A program made the translations under genes and the position numbers. From the IMG/VR virus record IMGVR_UViG_3300024246_000004, positions 27,446 to 91,445 of that record: DNA of 64,000 nucleotides; one strand, written 5' to 3'. The notes beneath the pieces were generated by a model that ran no database searches, was not told the origin of the DNA, and saw only the letters and a list, made by a program, of their open reading frames with translations. Positions 43,841 through 53,400 of the stretch are shown here, piece after piece (positions within the stretch are counted from its first letter, which is position 1; every line of letters starts with the position of its first letter). This stretch comes from a virus (Duplodnaviria; Heunggongvirae; Uroviricota; Caudoviricetes).

Positions 43841-44383
43841 CTAGTTCGTTGGACACCCGGTCACCCCCACCTCGGTCCCGATCACGGGGTAGTCGATGCT
43901 GCGGCCGTCGGACGTGAGGCCGGTGATCAGGTAGTCCAGTTCGTACGTTCCGTTCGTGCAGGTCGGGGCGTTCACGATGTACTGCCACGCGGCGCCCGGA
44001 CCCACGCCCGGCGGGTACTCGACCGTGGAACTGGCGATTTCCGTCAGCTTCTTGCCCTCGATCTTGGCCAGGGTCAGTTCGGTCGTCTGCTGGCCCGGGA
44101 TCTGGGCCGGGGTGTCGCAGTAGATGTCCACGCGCCCTTGGATCTGCGGGTACACGTCCGTGGTGACGGAGATCCCCGAAGGGAACGGAACGGGTTTGTC
44201 GTGGCACTCGTAGTGCGGGTCCGGTCCGGGCGCGGCGTCTGCTTTGGTCACCGGCGCGGGAGCGGCCCCGCCGACGGTGGCGTGCGCACTGGCGCTAGCC
44301 CCGGAGTGGTTGACGAGTTGGCTGGTGCAGCCGGTCAGCGCCAGAGCCAACGCGACCGCCATGATCTTGGTCCTGATCTTCAT
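43841..44383 (-). CDS. Lipoprotein (signal peptide plus lipobox LTGC)
   Basis: SD AAGGAGGACC then ATG; MKIRTKIMAVALALALTGCTS... Confidence 0.6.
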   Translation of the reverse strand: MKIRTKIMAVALALALTGCTSQLVNHSGASASAHATVGGAAPAPVTKADAAPGPDPHYECHDKPVPFPSGISVTTDVYPQIQGRVDIYCDTPAQIPGQQTTELTLAKIEGKKLTEIASSTVEYPPGVGPGAAWQYIVNAPTCTNGTYELDYLITGLTSDGRSIDYPVIGTEVGVTGCPTN

Positions 44384-44391
44384 GGTCCTCC

Positions 44392-44772
44392 TTAGTCCCA
44401 CCAGCGTGGGAAGTGTTCGGCGAAGCGCATCATCGCGTCCTTCGCCTCCTCGCGGACCCGCAACTGGGTCTCCACGTCGCGCTTGAACTTGTCCTGGGCG
44501 TATTCCATGAGCGGCCGGGCGATGCCGATGAAGTATTCCCGGGTGCCCTCCTCGCCCATCTCCTCGAAGTAGCCGGAGCCCTCGTGGGCGAACTTGAGAG
44601 CCGCCCGCGCGACGACCTCGGCGATGTACTGGTCGAAGGCCCACCAGTCGAAGACGGAGAACCCGTCCTCGGCCCGCTGGGTGCGATGTTTCGCCACGTC
44701 GGCCGCAGTCCAGTCTTCGGGCTGCTCGCGGTCGCCGTGGAAGTCGGGCACGCCGTACAGGGTGTCGGTCAC
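44392..44772 (-). CDS. Hypothetical protein
   Basis: SD AAGGAGAACGAGAGGCC then GTG. Confidence 0.45.
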   Translation of the reverse strand: MTDTLYGVPDFHGDREQPEDWTAADVAKHRTQRAEDGFSVFDWWAFDQYIAEVVARAALKFAHEGSGYFEEMGEEGTREYFIGIARPLMEYAQDKFKRDVETQLRVREEAKDAMMRFAEHFPRWWD

Positions 44773-45209
44773 GGCCTCTCGTTCTCCTTGGCCATCTCGC
44801 CCAGCTGCTTCTCCAGGTCCGCGACGTACGCGGCGTCGGCAGCGGCTTTCTTCTTGCGGGCTGCTTCGACCTCGGCCGGAGCTAGCGGCGGATCGTCGGT
44901 GACGAACACGTAGATGCCGTAGCCGACCAGCGCGACCGGCCAGAAGAACCCGTGGAAGATGGCGATCCTCGTCAGGGCGTCGTTGCTGTAAACGCGGCCC
45001 GATTCGACGCCGTCCTTCTCCTCCCACCACAGGACGTTGTAGCGGCACTTCGTGCAGTTGCCGTTGTGGTTGCGCATGGTCTGGCGCTTCGGGCAGGCCG
45101 ACTTCTTGGCTTCGTGGAGTCGGTAGCGGCGGTAGAGCAGCCGGGACGCGTAGGCCCAGAGCACCAGGTCGAGCAGCGGGATTGCGACCCCCAGTACGGC
45201 TGCGACCAT
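44769..45209 (-). CDS. Membrane protein with Cys cluster
   Basis: ORF; hydrophobic segments. Confidence 0.45.
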   Translation of the reverse strand: MVAAVLGVAIPLLDLVLWAYASRLLYRRYRLHEAKKSACPKRQTMRNHNGNCTKCRYNVLWWEEKDGVESGRVYSNDALTRIAIFHGFFWPVALVGYGIYVFVTDDPPLAPAEVEAARKKKAAADAAYVADLEKQLGEMAKENERP

Positions 45210-45424
45210 TATCGCACCCCCTTTTCTTCCAGTTCGCGGATATTGCGCCTGATCGATGAGAGCGTGTTCAAGCTGCTGCGCACGTCGGAGGGTGACGTGG
45301 ATATAGGCCCCACGTAGACCCCCTTGAAGGTTACGCGCAGGTGCTTGCCGCGTTTGTGGTGCGTGATCTCGCAGCCCATCTCTCTGATGGTTGCAACGAG
45401 GTCGCGATCGATGTGACGGGACAT
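45209..45424 (-). CDS. Small basic protein, possibly HicA-like
   Basis: ...GCEITHHKRGKHLRVTFKG... loosely resembles HicA/YcfA mRNA-interferase folds. Confidence 0.3.
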   Translation of the reverse strand: MSRHIDRDLVATIREMGCEITHHKRGKHLRVTFKGVYVGPISTSPSDVRSSLNTLSSIRRNIRELEEKGVR

Positions 45425-45436
45425 GGGCCTGCCCTT

Positions 45437-45478
45437 CTCGGGTGGGGTGTACGGGACTAACGTATCACGTACACCCCA
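45437..45478 (-). terminator. 13-bp-stem hairpin GGTGGGGTGTACG / CGTACACCCCACC enclosing the ACTAACGTATCAC motif in its loop
   Basis: Seen directly; lies between the pnkp stop and the next leftward gene. Confidence 0.5.
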
Positions 45479-45490
45479 CCAGCGCCAGGC

Positions 45491-46390
45491 CTAGAAGGCT
45501 CCGAAAGCCACCTGCGGACAGAAGATGCCCATGCCGCGCCACAGCCTGACCAGTCGGTTGCGGTCGTCCAGCATCGCCTGGAAGTTGTAGCGGTGCCGCA
45601 CGAACTTGTCAAACATCTCCAACTTCACCACGTCGTCAGGTCGGTCGTCGCCCGGCTCGCGTGTGTGGAACTCGCGGTAGAACAGGCCGTTTTTCGCCAA
45701 CCAGCGTTCGCGCTGCTCCTTGAACTCGCCCTTGCCGCCCGACAGGAGCAATACGTCGAAACCCGCGTCGCGGTACAGCCCCAGCAGGTGCGCCACCGGC
45801 ACGTTGACCGCGTCCGTCTCGATCTTGTCGAACTCGAAAGGCCCGCGCGCCACATGTAGCGCCAGCGTCCCGTCGAGGTCGCAGCCGACCGCCTTGGGCA
45901 GCGACTCGTCGGGCACGTACGGCAGCGCCACCGGCCGGTCGTTCATCCACTCGGTGGTCAGCCGCCAGCCGCCCTTGCGAGCGCCTTCCATATCCTTGGC
46001 GAGCTTATGGATCACATCCCTGCCGACGGTGCCGGTCCGACGCATCATGTCGCGTCGGACGCACTCCTCGACCGGCACATCCGTCAAGTCGTGCACCTCG
46101 AAGCGCGCCTCGGGCAGCAGGATGAAGTTGTCCTTGTAGAGCCGGGGCAGCTTGCGGTTCAGGTGCGTATTGTCGAGCACGATGTCGCTTCCCGCGCGGG
46201 CGACCGCCAGCGCGCCCTCCAGCATCGCTGTGACGGCCAGGCGCTCCCGGTCCCTCGACCAGTTTTCGCCGGTGAAACCGAGCATCGCCCTGTACTCGTC
46301 CAGGTTGAAACGCGGCACGCCCAGCGACCGCGCTAGAGTGGTCTTCCCGGACGCCGGGAGCCCTGTCGTCACATGCAGAGTTTGTGCCAT
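45491..46390 (-). CDS. Polynucleotide kinase-phosphatase (Pnkp: P-loop 5-prime kinase plus HAD 3-prime phosphatase)
   Basis: N-terminal Walker A GLPASGKTT; C-terminal HAD motif I DLDGTLA; SD GAAGGAGAGTG-ATG. Confidence 0.75.
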   Translation of the reverse strand: MAQTLHVTTGLPASGKTTLARSLGVPRFNLDEYRAMLGFTGENWSRDRERLAVTAMLEGALAVARAGSDIVLDNTHLNRKLPRLYKDNFILLPEARFEVHDLTDVPVEECVRRDMMRRTGTVGRDVIHKLAKDMEGARKGGWRLTTEWMNDRPVALPYVPDESLPKAVGCDLDGTLALHVARGPFEFDKIETDAVNVPVAHLLGLYRDAGFDVLLLSGGKGEFKEQRERWLAKNGLFYREFHTREPGDDRPDDVVKLEMFDKFVRHRYNFQAMLDDRNRLVRLWRGMGIFCPQVAFGAF

Positions 46391-47517
46391 CACTCTCCTT
46401 CGGTGGACGAGAACGTCGCGGTGCCGCTCGGCTTGACCATCTTCCACGCCATCTCCTCGATACTCTTGCCGTCGTACAGCCGGAACAGCATGGAGCTCAG
46501 GCCGGTCGGAATCGCCTCCTGCGCGAACTCCTTGCGCAGCGCCTTGTTCGTGATCGCCGCGTAGGCCACGTTCGCGGCCAGCACCTTCTCGGCGTGCGCC
46601 TGCCGCAGCCGGTCCGCGACGTCCTGCACCCAGCGCATGAACTCGTCCGGCACGTTGGCGAGCAGGTCGTCCAGCGAACCGCCGTTGGCGAGCACCTCCC
46701 AGATGGTGCGCTCGTTCATGCCGGTCAAGATCGCATGCATGCGGATGTACTCCGTGAGTTTGATCTTCACTCGCCGACCCGAGCGGTATCGCAGGACGTA
46801 GCCCTCCATGTCCGTGCCGGTGCGTACCATGCCGTGGATGTCGGCGCTGCGACCCGCGAGCTCGACCAGGACATCCAGCGGCATCTGCGGCCAGCTGCGC
46901 ACCACGGAGCCGATCGACATCCAGTCCACCATCAGGGCGTCCAGCGGGAGCTCGTCGCCCAGCCTGCCGTACACGCCGAGCAGGACCAGGTCGCGCCTGT
47001 TGCCGTGGTTGACGACGATCCGGTTTTCCGGGTAGACAATCTCGGCGAGGTAGGTGCTGCCCACACACAGGCGACTGGAGACCGGACGCCCGAACTCGTC
47101 GGCCCGGTCGATCCACGCCTGCGCCCACTGGGCCTGCTCGGAGGCGAACGAGCCGCGCGAAGCGGCGCGCCAGCGCTCCTGGCGGCGGTCCCAGAAGACG
47201 ATGCCCAGCGACCCGTCCACCTTGTCGTAGACCGTGAACGGCTCGTCCGGCAGGTCCGGCGCCCACGGGTTGCCGTGGCCGTGCTCCGAATGGTTGAAGA
47301 ACTTCGGGAACGGCCACGCGAGGATCTCGCCAGTCACGTCGTCCGCGATCAGGCCCCGGCAGCGCAGCGTCACCTCGTTCCAGTGGTGGCCGTACTGGCA
47401 GGTCTCCGTGTAGTTGAAGATCGACAGGCCGTCGCCGGAGCGTCCGCGCCGGACGCGGCCCGCGTCGATCTCCTCCTGGAGCCGTCCAGGGCCGAACAGC
47501 TCGTCGAGCGTGGTCAT
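46390..47517 (-). CDS. RNA ligase (Rnl1-like, KxDG nucleotidyltransferase)
   Basis: Motif I YDKVDGSLG; SD GAAGGGGGCAGTC-ATG; stop overlaps the pnkp start (TGATG). Confidence 0.6.
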   Translation of the reverse strand: MTTLDELFGPGRLQEEIDAGRVRRGRSGDGLSIFNYTETCQYGHHWNEVTLRCRGLIADDVTGEILAWPFPKFFNHSEHGHGNPWAPDLPDEPFTVYDKVDGSLGIVFWDRRQERWRAASRGSFASEQAQWAQAWIDRADEFGRPVSSRLCVGSTYLAEIVYPENRIVVNHGNRRDLVLLGVYGRLGDELPLDALMVDWMSIGSVVRSWPQMPLDVLVELAGRSADIHGMVRTGTDMEGYVLRYRSGRRVKIKLTEYIRMHAILTGMNERTIWEVLANGGSLDDLLANVPDEFMRWVQDVADRLRQAHAEKVLAANVAYAAITNKALRKEFAQEAIPTGLSSMLFRLYDGKSIEEMAWKMVKPSGTATFSSTEGE

Positions 47518-47597
47518 GACTGCCCCCTTCATGGATTGCGGCGTGAGGATCATGGGTTTCGAGAGTACTGTGGCCGCAATGGGGACTAACGTATACC

Positions 47598-47632
47598 AGA
47601 AAGGAGCTGGACGCTACACGATATCGTCCAGC
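47598..47632 (-). terminator. 11-bp-stem hairpin GGAGCTGGACG / CGTCCAGCTCC, followed on the coding strand by GGTATACGTTAGTCC
   Basis: Seen directly; a terminator-then-promoter arrangement between the HTH gene and the rnl-pnkp operon. Confidence 0.5.
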
Positions 47633-47814
47633 TCCTCGCCCCGCGCCATGCCCTTCACGAGAAGACCCATGATCATTGAGCGGGCGAAGCGGTACTGGCC
47701 GCCTGGAGTCAAACACGTCGGCTCAAGCTGGCCGCGCTTCACCCACGCGCACACGGTCTTCGTGCTCACGCCGAACAGCTCCGCCACCTCGCCGGAGCGC
47801 ATGAGCTTATCCAC
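47614..47814 (-). CDS. MerR/Xis-family HTH DNA-binding protein
   Basis: GEVAELFGVSTKTVCAWVKRGQL helix-turn-helix. Confidence 0.6.
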   Translation of the reverse strand: MDKLMRSGEVAELFGVSTKTVCAWVKRGQLEPTCLTPGGQYRFARSMIMGLLVKGMARGEELDDIV

Positions 47815-47820
47815 CGTCGC

Positions 47821-48129
47821 CTACTCTCCAGGGTGGATGGCCGCAGCAGCATCCCTCAGCTTGCGCGCCAGACCGCTGCGCACCGCCGTCAGGTCGCTCG
47901 CCAGCTGCTCCTTGACCAGGCGCCCCTGCTCGCGCAGGTCGTCCATGGCGGACGGCGCGGCGTCCTGGGGCTGGATCTCCGCCAACCGCCTCTCCAGCTC
48001 CTCGACCTCGGGGATCAAGGTCTTGAGGGACACGGCGATGGCCCTGAGGGTGCTGGCGGGCGCGGTGCTCGGTCCATCGGCCAGTTCCAGGACGATCTCA
48101 AGCTTCGCGCTTGTCGTAACGAGTCCCAC
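47821..48129 (-). CDS. Hypothetical protein
   Basis: ORF. Confidence 0.45.
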   Translation of the reverse strand: MGLVTTSAKLEIVLELADGPSTAPASTLRAIAVSLKTLIPEVEELERRLAEIQPQDAAPSAMDDLREQGRLVKEQLASDLTAVRSGLARKLRDAAAAIHPGE

Positions 48130-48147
48130 GACAACTCCTTTCGATAG

Positions 48148-48199
48148 GGCCCGGCGGCGGGGCGAGGTAGGTCGTCGAGTCCTCCTTGGCCGCCGGGCC
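48148..48199 (-). terminator. 11-bp GC-rich hairpin GGCCCGGCGGC / GCCGCCGGGCC adjacent to a CTTCTAACGTACTAC motif
   Basis: Seen directly. Confidence 0.45.
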
Positions 48200-48211
48200 G
48201 CTTCTAACGTA

Positions 48212-48523
48212 CTACGAGACGTTCAAGTGGGCCGCTTCCACGGCCGCGTCCGACTTCGCCTGGAGGAGGTCTTCCTCCCAGGCGAATGTCGGTCTGTGCG
48301 CCGTGGAGACGAACCGGAAGTTCTGGCGGCCGACACGGCTGCCCTGCACATCACGGTACAGGTACACCATGACGCCGCCCTCCACCGGCTCGCTGGCCGC
48401 CTTCCATAGCGCGCGGTCGGTTTCCTTGCGCATCCTGTCTTGGCGTGAACCCCGGATGACCAGCATCATGGCGAACACCACGATGCCGATCACCGGGACC
48501 GCCACGATGACGGCGTCGCCCAT
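48212..48523 (-). CDS. Membrane protein
   Basis: N-terminal hydrophobic helix. Confidence 0.45.
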   Translation of the reverse strand: MGDAVIVAVPVIGIVVFAMMLVIRGSRQDRMRKETDRALWKAASEPVEGGVMVYLYRDVQGSRVGRQNFRFVSTAHRPTFAWEEDLLQAKSDAAVEAAHLNVS

Positions 48524-48526
48524 GGC

Positions 48527-49570
48527 TTACTGAGTCGCCAGATTCAGGCCGCTGCCGCTACCGAGAGATAGCAGCCCCTTCGGGAGCGCGCCCAGTTCGT
48601 CGATCGTCTGGCACGCCGGGCAGTTCTTGTAGCCCGCCTCCTTGGCCGCGTTCGCCTCGGCCTGGAGCTGCGCCTGCTTGACCAGGGCCTGCTGCTTCGA
48701 GACCTCCGCGTACGCCGCCTGTGCGTCGTTGACCGCGCCCTGCACGTTGCTCGGCAGCGAGACGCGCACGATCGTGAACCGCACGCCGGTCAGGAACTGG
48801 AACGGCTTGCCGCCGTGCTTGGCGAGGTCCGAAGCGTCCACCGCCGTGTTCAGCTGAGTGTCCAAGTCCTGCTGCAACGTGGCGTTGATCTTGTCCTGCA
48901 CGGCCGCGATGTTGCCGTTGTTGTTCACGCCGCCGGTGACCACGGCCGCCTGCTGCGTCGAGTTCTGCACCAGCGCACACGCGCTGTCCAGCTCGGCGCA
49001 GGACGTCTGCGCCACGAGCTCGCGCAGGTCGTTGTTCAGGATCGGCCGTACCGCCACGTCGATGAACGCGCCCCACCCCTGGTCACCGTCGTAGGCGTGG
49101 AACGCGTTGCCGTTGTCGGTGTAGGTGCGGGTGCCGTACAGATTGTCGAACACGCCGAGGGTCTGGTGGTCGAGGTTCAGGCTGTAGTACAGAGTGCCCT
49201 CGATGCCCATCTCCACGCCGTCGGAGCTCGGCGTCTGCACGACGTCCACGCCCACCTTGTCGCCCTGGTTCGGGTCGGCCGAGATCGTGTACGTACGCTG
49301 CTGCGCCGGGTACGTGTGGATCGTGGAGTAGATGCCCGTGTTGGTCATGCTGCTCTGCGGATCCAGGAAGCCGCGCTCGTTGGAGTTCGAGAACCAGCCT
49401 CCGTTGCGCTCCACGCCGATGTGTCCCGCGTCCATGCTCTGGAACGCACCGATCCACGGGAACAGGAAGATCATCCCGACGGTGACGCCGACGACGCCCA
49501 GCAGGCCGCAGCCGACGAGCTTCGCCGAAACCTCCGGCACGCCGGACGTGTTGCGCGAGTAACCGCTCAT
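48527..49570 (-). CDS. Membrane-anchored protein, possibly SPFH/band-7-like, with C-terminal coiled coil
   Basis: N-terminal TM helix, beta-rich middle, Ala/Gln-rich C-terminus; SD GGAGGGGTGT-ATG. Confidence 0.4.
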   Translation of the reverse strand: MSGYSRNTSGVPEVSAKLVGCGLLGVVGVTVGMIFLFPWIGAFQSMDAGHIGVERNGGWFSNSNERGFLDPQSSMTNTGIYSTIHTYPAQQRTYTISADPNQGDKVGVDVVQTPSSDGVEMGIEGTLYYSLNLDHQTLGVFDNLYGTRTYTDNGNAFHAYDGDQGWGAFIDVAVRPILNNDLRELVAQTSCAELDSACALVQNSTQQAAVVTGGVNNNGNIAAVQDKINATLQQDLDTQLNTAVDASDLAKHGGKPFQFLTGVRFTIVRVSLPSNVQGAVNDAQAAYAEVSKQQALVKQAQLQAEANAAKEAGYKNCPACQTIDELGALPKGLLSLGSGSGLNLATQ

Positions 49571-49598
49571 ACACCCCTCCATTCATTCGATGCTTCTC

Positions 49599-50498
49599 TT
49601 ATCCCCCGGGCGCGTTCACCGTGACTTTCGCGCTGAATAAGGCCCGGAAGTTCAATCGCGGCGGCTGGATGATGGGTTCCGGTTCACCTTTGGCCGCGAA
49701 GCCTGTGTGCCAGCCGTGGAACTCGCTGGGGCGCGGCTCCTGCACGGCTGGGGCCTCCTCGAACGAGGGCAGCGGCGGAATGTGCCTCGCCAGCCACGCA
49801 TCCGGAGCGGCGGTCATCGAGGGAGCGTCCTGCATGAGCCACCGGACATCGACGCTGCCGAGTTCCTGGCGTACACAGACCCGGCCGTAGCGGAACGCCT
49901 TCGGCTCGTCGATCCAGTAGACGCCCTTCTCCTGCTCCAGTTTGTCCTCCAGTTCGACCCCGCCGAGGCCCTGGATCTCGCCGTGGGGGAAGTGTGCCCG
50001 TGCCAACATGATCTTGGAGTTGCGCTCCGTGTCGCGCTGCCGCCACGCGAAGTAGTTTGCGACTTCGACGGCGTTCGGAAGCGGGAAGACCCGTGCGTCG
50101 AACATGCCGGGGCGGCGCAGGATGACGCCGGGTTCGCGCGAGTAGCCGAGGAACGCCAGGGTGGCGATGGCGGAGCTGATGGACGCGATCTTCTGGACGC
50201 GTCCGCCGAACCACGGCTGGGTGCGGTAGTCCTCGTACCCACATACCAGGACACTGACTTCGTCGGACTGCTGGTAGGCGAATACCGCGCCGCCGATCTC
50301 GGCGCACAGCGCCTGGGCGACGTATCCCATGTACCGGGCCACGACCGTGTCGAACGGCTTGTCGGCACCGCGCAGCAGGGTGTGGAACGCCCGGCCGTCC
50401 ACGCGGATGATCGCAGGCAGGTAGCGGGGCAGGATGCTGCCGGTTGCGGCCTCGTAGGCCTTCATCCGGTCACCGAGACCAGTTCCGTCGCTCGCCAT
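49599..50498 (-). CDS. Thg1-like protein (tRNA-His guanylyltransferase family; 3-prime-5-prime polymerase for tRNA 5-prime end repair)
   Basis: MKAYEAATGSILPRYLPAIIRVDGRAFHTLLRG...FAYQQSDEVSVLV matches the Thg1/TLP N-terminal catalytic core; SD GAATGGAGGCGCT-ATG. Confidence 0.65.
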   Translation of the reverse strand: MASDGTGLGDRMKAYEAATGSILPRYLPAIIRVDGRAFHTLLRGADKPFDTVVARYMGYVAQALCAEIGGAVFAYQQSDEVSVLVCGYEDYRTQPWFGGRVQKIASISSAIATLAFLGYSREPGVILRRPGMFDARVFPLPNAVEVANYFAWRQRDTERNSKIMLARAHFPHGEIQGLGGVELEDKLEQEKGVYWIDEPKAFRYGRVCVRQELGSVDVRWLMQDAPSMTAAPDAWLARHIPPLPSFEEAPAVQEPRPSEFHGWHTGFAAKGEPEPIIQPPRLNFRALFSAKVTVNAPGG

Positions 50499-50569
50499 AG
50501 CGCCTCCATTCGTGAGCCGGGGACCGACGGCGGTCCGATCATGGGAATCGCAGTTCCTTGGGCCGTCGG

Positions 50570-50725
50570 TGTGCATAACGTATCACGTTCACTTCAGTTC
50601 TCGCAACCGCCCCCGGACGCACAGTGCACTGGGCTTCGGGTCGTCGATGGTCCGGGAGCGGCCGGTCGCGGAGGAGGGCTGGGTCTCGCTTGACCTCTGG
50701 TGACCGGCATAACGTATCACGCCTG
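50570..50725 (+). promoter_or_regulatory. Two direct copies of GGCATAACGTATCACG (50575 and 50708) in the divergent region between the Thg1-like gene and a rightward 4-gene unit
   Basis: Seen directly; 133 bp apart. Confidence 0.5.
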
Positions 50726-50834
50726 TACGCCCAAAGGAATGAACCTCCTACTATCCACACACGAAAGAGCGTATGTTGGTCGCGTAACGACGACAGGAGG
50801 CACGGTGGAGCGGGAAGAACCCGAACAGGAAGAC

Positions 50835-50972
50835 ATGATCACTCCGGCGATGCAGACCGCCATCTCGACCCACGAGATGTTCACGGCGCTGCGCCAGGCC
50901 GGGTTCTCGCGCAGCGAGGCGCTCACCATCGTCATCGGCATGCTCTCCGCGAACAGCGGATCAGGCGATTGA
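50835..50972 (+). CDS. Small hypothetical protein (45 aa)
   Basis: SD GAACAGGAAGAC-ATG. Confidence 0.4.
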   Translation: MITPAMQTAISTHEMFTALRQAGFSRSEALTIVIGMLSANSGSGD

Positions 50973-50973
50973 C

Positions 50974-51210
50974 ATGTGGCCCAACGACCTCGCCGAGGCG
51001 CAGAACCCGATCACCCGCAGCCTGGTGCGCTTCCATCCGTCAGTGCACATCGAGAACGCCGCGCAGTTCGACTACTTCTACGCCGCCTTCAAGGAATACT
51101 GCGAGGTCGCCTACCGCCTCGCGCACCTCGATCCCGGTCATATCGACGCACCTTACGGCTGGGTGCTGCCTCGTGAACCCCACATGCTTCCGGAGGAAAC
51201 CCGTGGATGA
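50974..51210 (+). CDS. Hypothetical protein
   Basis: ATG overlaps the upstream stop. Confidence 0.45.
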   Translation: MWPNDLAEAQNPITRSLVRFHPSVHIENAAQFDYFYAAFKEYCEVAYRLAHLDPGHIDAPYGWVLPREPHMLPEETRG

Positions 51211-51391
51211 GCCGATCTCCGCTTTCGGACGCCCCTATCACGCCGACGACACCCGCGTGCTGTTCTGCGGTGCCGCCGGTCCCTGGTGCGGCTGGCTGCG
51301 CACGAGCAACAACGAAGCGCAGCACACGCGGTTCGTCGCCGAGCGCGAGGAGCACCAGGACGGCTGCAAGAGCGGCCTGGTACGCCTGTGA
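51203..51391 (+). CDS. Cys-containing small protein
   Basis: SD GGAGGAAACCC then GTG. Confidence 0.45.
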   Translation: MDEPISAFGRPYHADDTRVLFCGAAGPWCGWLRTSNNEAQHTRFVAEREEHQDGCKSGLVRL

Positions 51392-51855
51392 CGACTTGGA
51401 GCAATCTGGCGCGGGTCGTCGAGGCCCGCGCTACACTCCCCAGTCCGGCCGAGCGCAGGCGGTTGCGCATCGACGCGGGCATCACGGTCAAGTCGCTGGC
51501 CCAGGTCCTCGGCATTTCCGTGAGCGCCATGAACTCGCTGGAGCGCGCGGAGAACCCCGGCGAGAAGTACCTGGTGGACTATGTTAACGCGCTCAATACG
51601 ATGCGCCGCCCCGCGCCGGAACCCGCACTCACCACGCAAGAGGCCGCTGAACTGCGCGAGCAGTGGGAGAAGTCCCCCTGCGGGGCCTGCGGAGGCCTAC
51701 ACGTCACGGCCCTGAAAACTCCCGGGGCGTGCCCGCGCATCAAGCGGATCGCCTACGACGCCCAGGGCCGTATGCTCGAAGTCGAATACTGGCCGGACGG
51801 CAAATGGCCGAAAGACGGCATCATCTGGCCGGACGGGATCATGGCGGAAGAGTAG
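51388..51855 (+). CDS. XRE-family HTH transcriptional regulator
   Basis: LRIDAGITVKSLAQVLGISVSAMNSLERAEN HTH; GTG coupled to the upstream stop. Confidence 0.6.
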   Translation: MTTWSNLARVVEARATLPSPAERRRLRIDAGITVKSLAQVLGISVSAMNSLERAENPGEKYLVDYVNALNTMRRPAPEPALTTQEAAELREQWEKSPCGACGGLHVTALKTPGACPRIKRIAYDAQGRMLEVEYWPDGKWPKDGIIWPDGIMAEE

Positions 51856-51861
51856 CCCCGG

Positions 51862-51911
51862 CGCCGCGAGCGCCCTGGTTATCGTTTTTGTCTCGGGCGC
51901 CGGGACGACTA
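51862..51911 (+). terminator. Hairpin CCCGGCGCC...GGCGCCGGG with an internal CGTTTTTGTC
   Basis: Seen directly, after the XRE gene. Confidence 0.4.
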
Positions 51912-51977
51912 AAGTAGCAGGGTCACGTGACATTGACGAGTTCTGGCGCTACGATAACCACGATGGGAGCACTGGCG

Positions 51978-52166
51978 ATGGAAATCCCCCTGCGCCGCAA
52001 GTACAAGTCCGCGAGCGCCAAGAACACGCGTTCGACCAGTAGCACCTCCGGCTCCTCGAAGCAGAAGCGCAAGGGTCAGAGCGTGAAGAACGCGCCGACC
52101 CGTATCCGCGTGCTCGTCTTGGTGGATGGACGCCGCCGCTCCTGGACTTGGCGGGACGTAAACTGA
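51978..52166 (+). CDS. Small basic Lys/Ser/Arg-rich protein (62 aa)
   Basis: SD GGGAGCACTGGCG-ATG. Confidence 0.45.
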   Translation: MEIPLRRKYKSASAKNTRSTSSTSGSSKQKRKGQSVKNAPTRIRVLVLVDGRRRSWTWRDVN

Positions 52167-52168
52167 GC

Positions 52169-52212
52169 GAACCGGCCGCCGCGCTGACCCCCGGCGGCCG
52201 GTTCTATTCTGC
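52169..52212. terminator. Strong bidirectional rho-independent terminator (12-bp stem GAACCGGCCGCC / GGCGGCCGGTTC followed by TATTCT)
   Basis: Seen directly, between convergent genes. Confidence 0.7.
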
Positions 52213-52262
52213 GGCGGATCTTGATATGGGCTACGCGCCTGTTATGGCCGCCAGGCCGCTGC

Positions 52263-53390
52263 TCACTCGTACTCCGTGCCGCCCTTGCGCTCCAGGTAGG
52301 CGTCACTCACGAACTTCAGGATGGCCCGGCCGCCGAGGATGCCCGAACGCCGCTCCGCCATCGAACGGACCACGACCCCCTCGCGCAGGGTGTCCGGGTC
52401 GAGCATGCTCTGCTTGACCTCGGCGAACGCGGCGAGCAGCCCGTAGTCGTACGGCCCCTGATACACCAAGGGTGCGCGGGGAACGCCGGTGCGGTTGGCG
52501 AACGCCCCCAGGTATCCCTCGGAAAGCCAGAACGGCTCGCCCTCCACCGGCACGAGGTACGCGTCGAACAGGGCGTAACCGAGCGTCTCGTTCCGGCTGG
52601 CGTCCGCGCCGTAATGCAAGTCCTGCACGCCTTTGCCGTACACCTCCCCGAACAAGCCGACCGCGCGCACGCCGTAGAACTCTTTGGCCGCCAGCGCGGC
52701 CTCGCGCAGCCGGTACTGGCGCGCGGCGCGCCAGTAGAGGTTGGTCTCCGACTCCTTGAGCGCCAGGCTCTTGCCGCCGAAACCCTTCGAGGAGACGTAC
52801 TCGCGGCCATCCTCGGCCAGCGTGTACAGGCAGCACGTACCGTGGATCTTCTCCGTGGCGACCACCATCTCGCCGGGCGTGAAGACCTCCGGGTAGCGCT
52901 TGACGTTCTCGATCTCGATCCAGCGGATCAAATCCGGTGCCGACTCCACTTCACCAGCCATGCCGACGGGGATTGGCGGAATCCACTTGGTGATGCCGAG
53001 GGCTTCAGCGAAGTCGCTCTCGGGCGTCCAGGGCCCCTCCGATTCCGGCATGGCGTTGGCGGCCCACTCCCACACCTCCCGCATCGCACCCCACTCGAAG
53101 GGGACGCCTTTCGGGCGGCAGACGATGCCCTGGGATAGCTCGCCGCGCAGTCGCACCGCCTTGACGCGGTTCTTCGCCGGGCCCGCGAGCCTGCCGGTCA
53201 GGCCGAGCTCCTCGATGAGCGCATCCGGCAGAACCGCCTGCTCCGGGATGTACAACGCAAGCTCGCCGTCCTTATAGACGCCCTTCGGTACGACGGCGCG
53301 GAACAGGCCCACCTGGGCGAGTTCCAGCAGATCGGCGTTGGGGTGCGGGAAGATCCGCAGCTTCTCGACTTTGACCTCGAACCCTGACAT
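52263..53390 (-). CDS. Rnl2-family RNA ligase with an N-terminal extension
   Basis: Motif I ATEKIHGTCC (KIHGT, as in T4 Rnl2-type ligases); the N-terminal 160 aa are an additional domain. Confidence 0.5.
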   Translation of the reverse strand: MSGFEVKVEKLRIFPHPNADLLELAQVGLFRAVVPKGVYKDGELALYIPEQAVLPDALIEELGLTGRLAGPAKNRVKAVRLRGELSQGIVCRPKGVPFEWGAMREVWEWAANAMPESEGPWTPESDFAEALGITKWIPPIPVGMAGEVESAPDLIRWIEIENVKRYPEVFTPGEMVVATEKIHGTCCLYTLAEDGREYVSSKGFGGKSLALKESETNLYWRAARQYRLREAALAAKEFYGVRAVGLFGEVYGKGVQDLHYGADASRNETLGYALFDAYLVPVEGEPFWLSEGYLGAFANRTGVPRAPLVYQGPYDYGLLAAFAEVKQSMLDPDTLREGVVVRSMAERRSGILGGRAILKFVSDAYLERKGGTEYE

Positions 53391-53400
53391 AAACCCCTAC

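Noticed and set aside
43839-44207. N-terminal 120-codon extension of the nucleotidyltransferase ORF
   Set aside because: Low-complexity Arg/Pro/Gly/Asp translation. It overlaps the well-supported lipoprotein gene (43841-44383) in another frame. The start was placed at MKVLLSG, directly before the NTase motif.
50539-50760. 73-aa minus-strand ORF in the divergent region between the Thg1-like gene and the XRE-regulator operon
   Set aside because: It overlaps both copies of the GGCATAACGTATCACG motif. Composition is Arg/Pro-rich and no SD is present. Treated as non-coding regulatory DNA.
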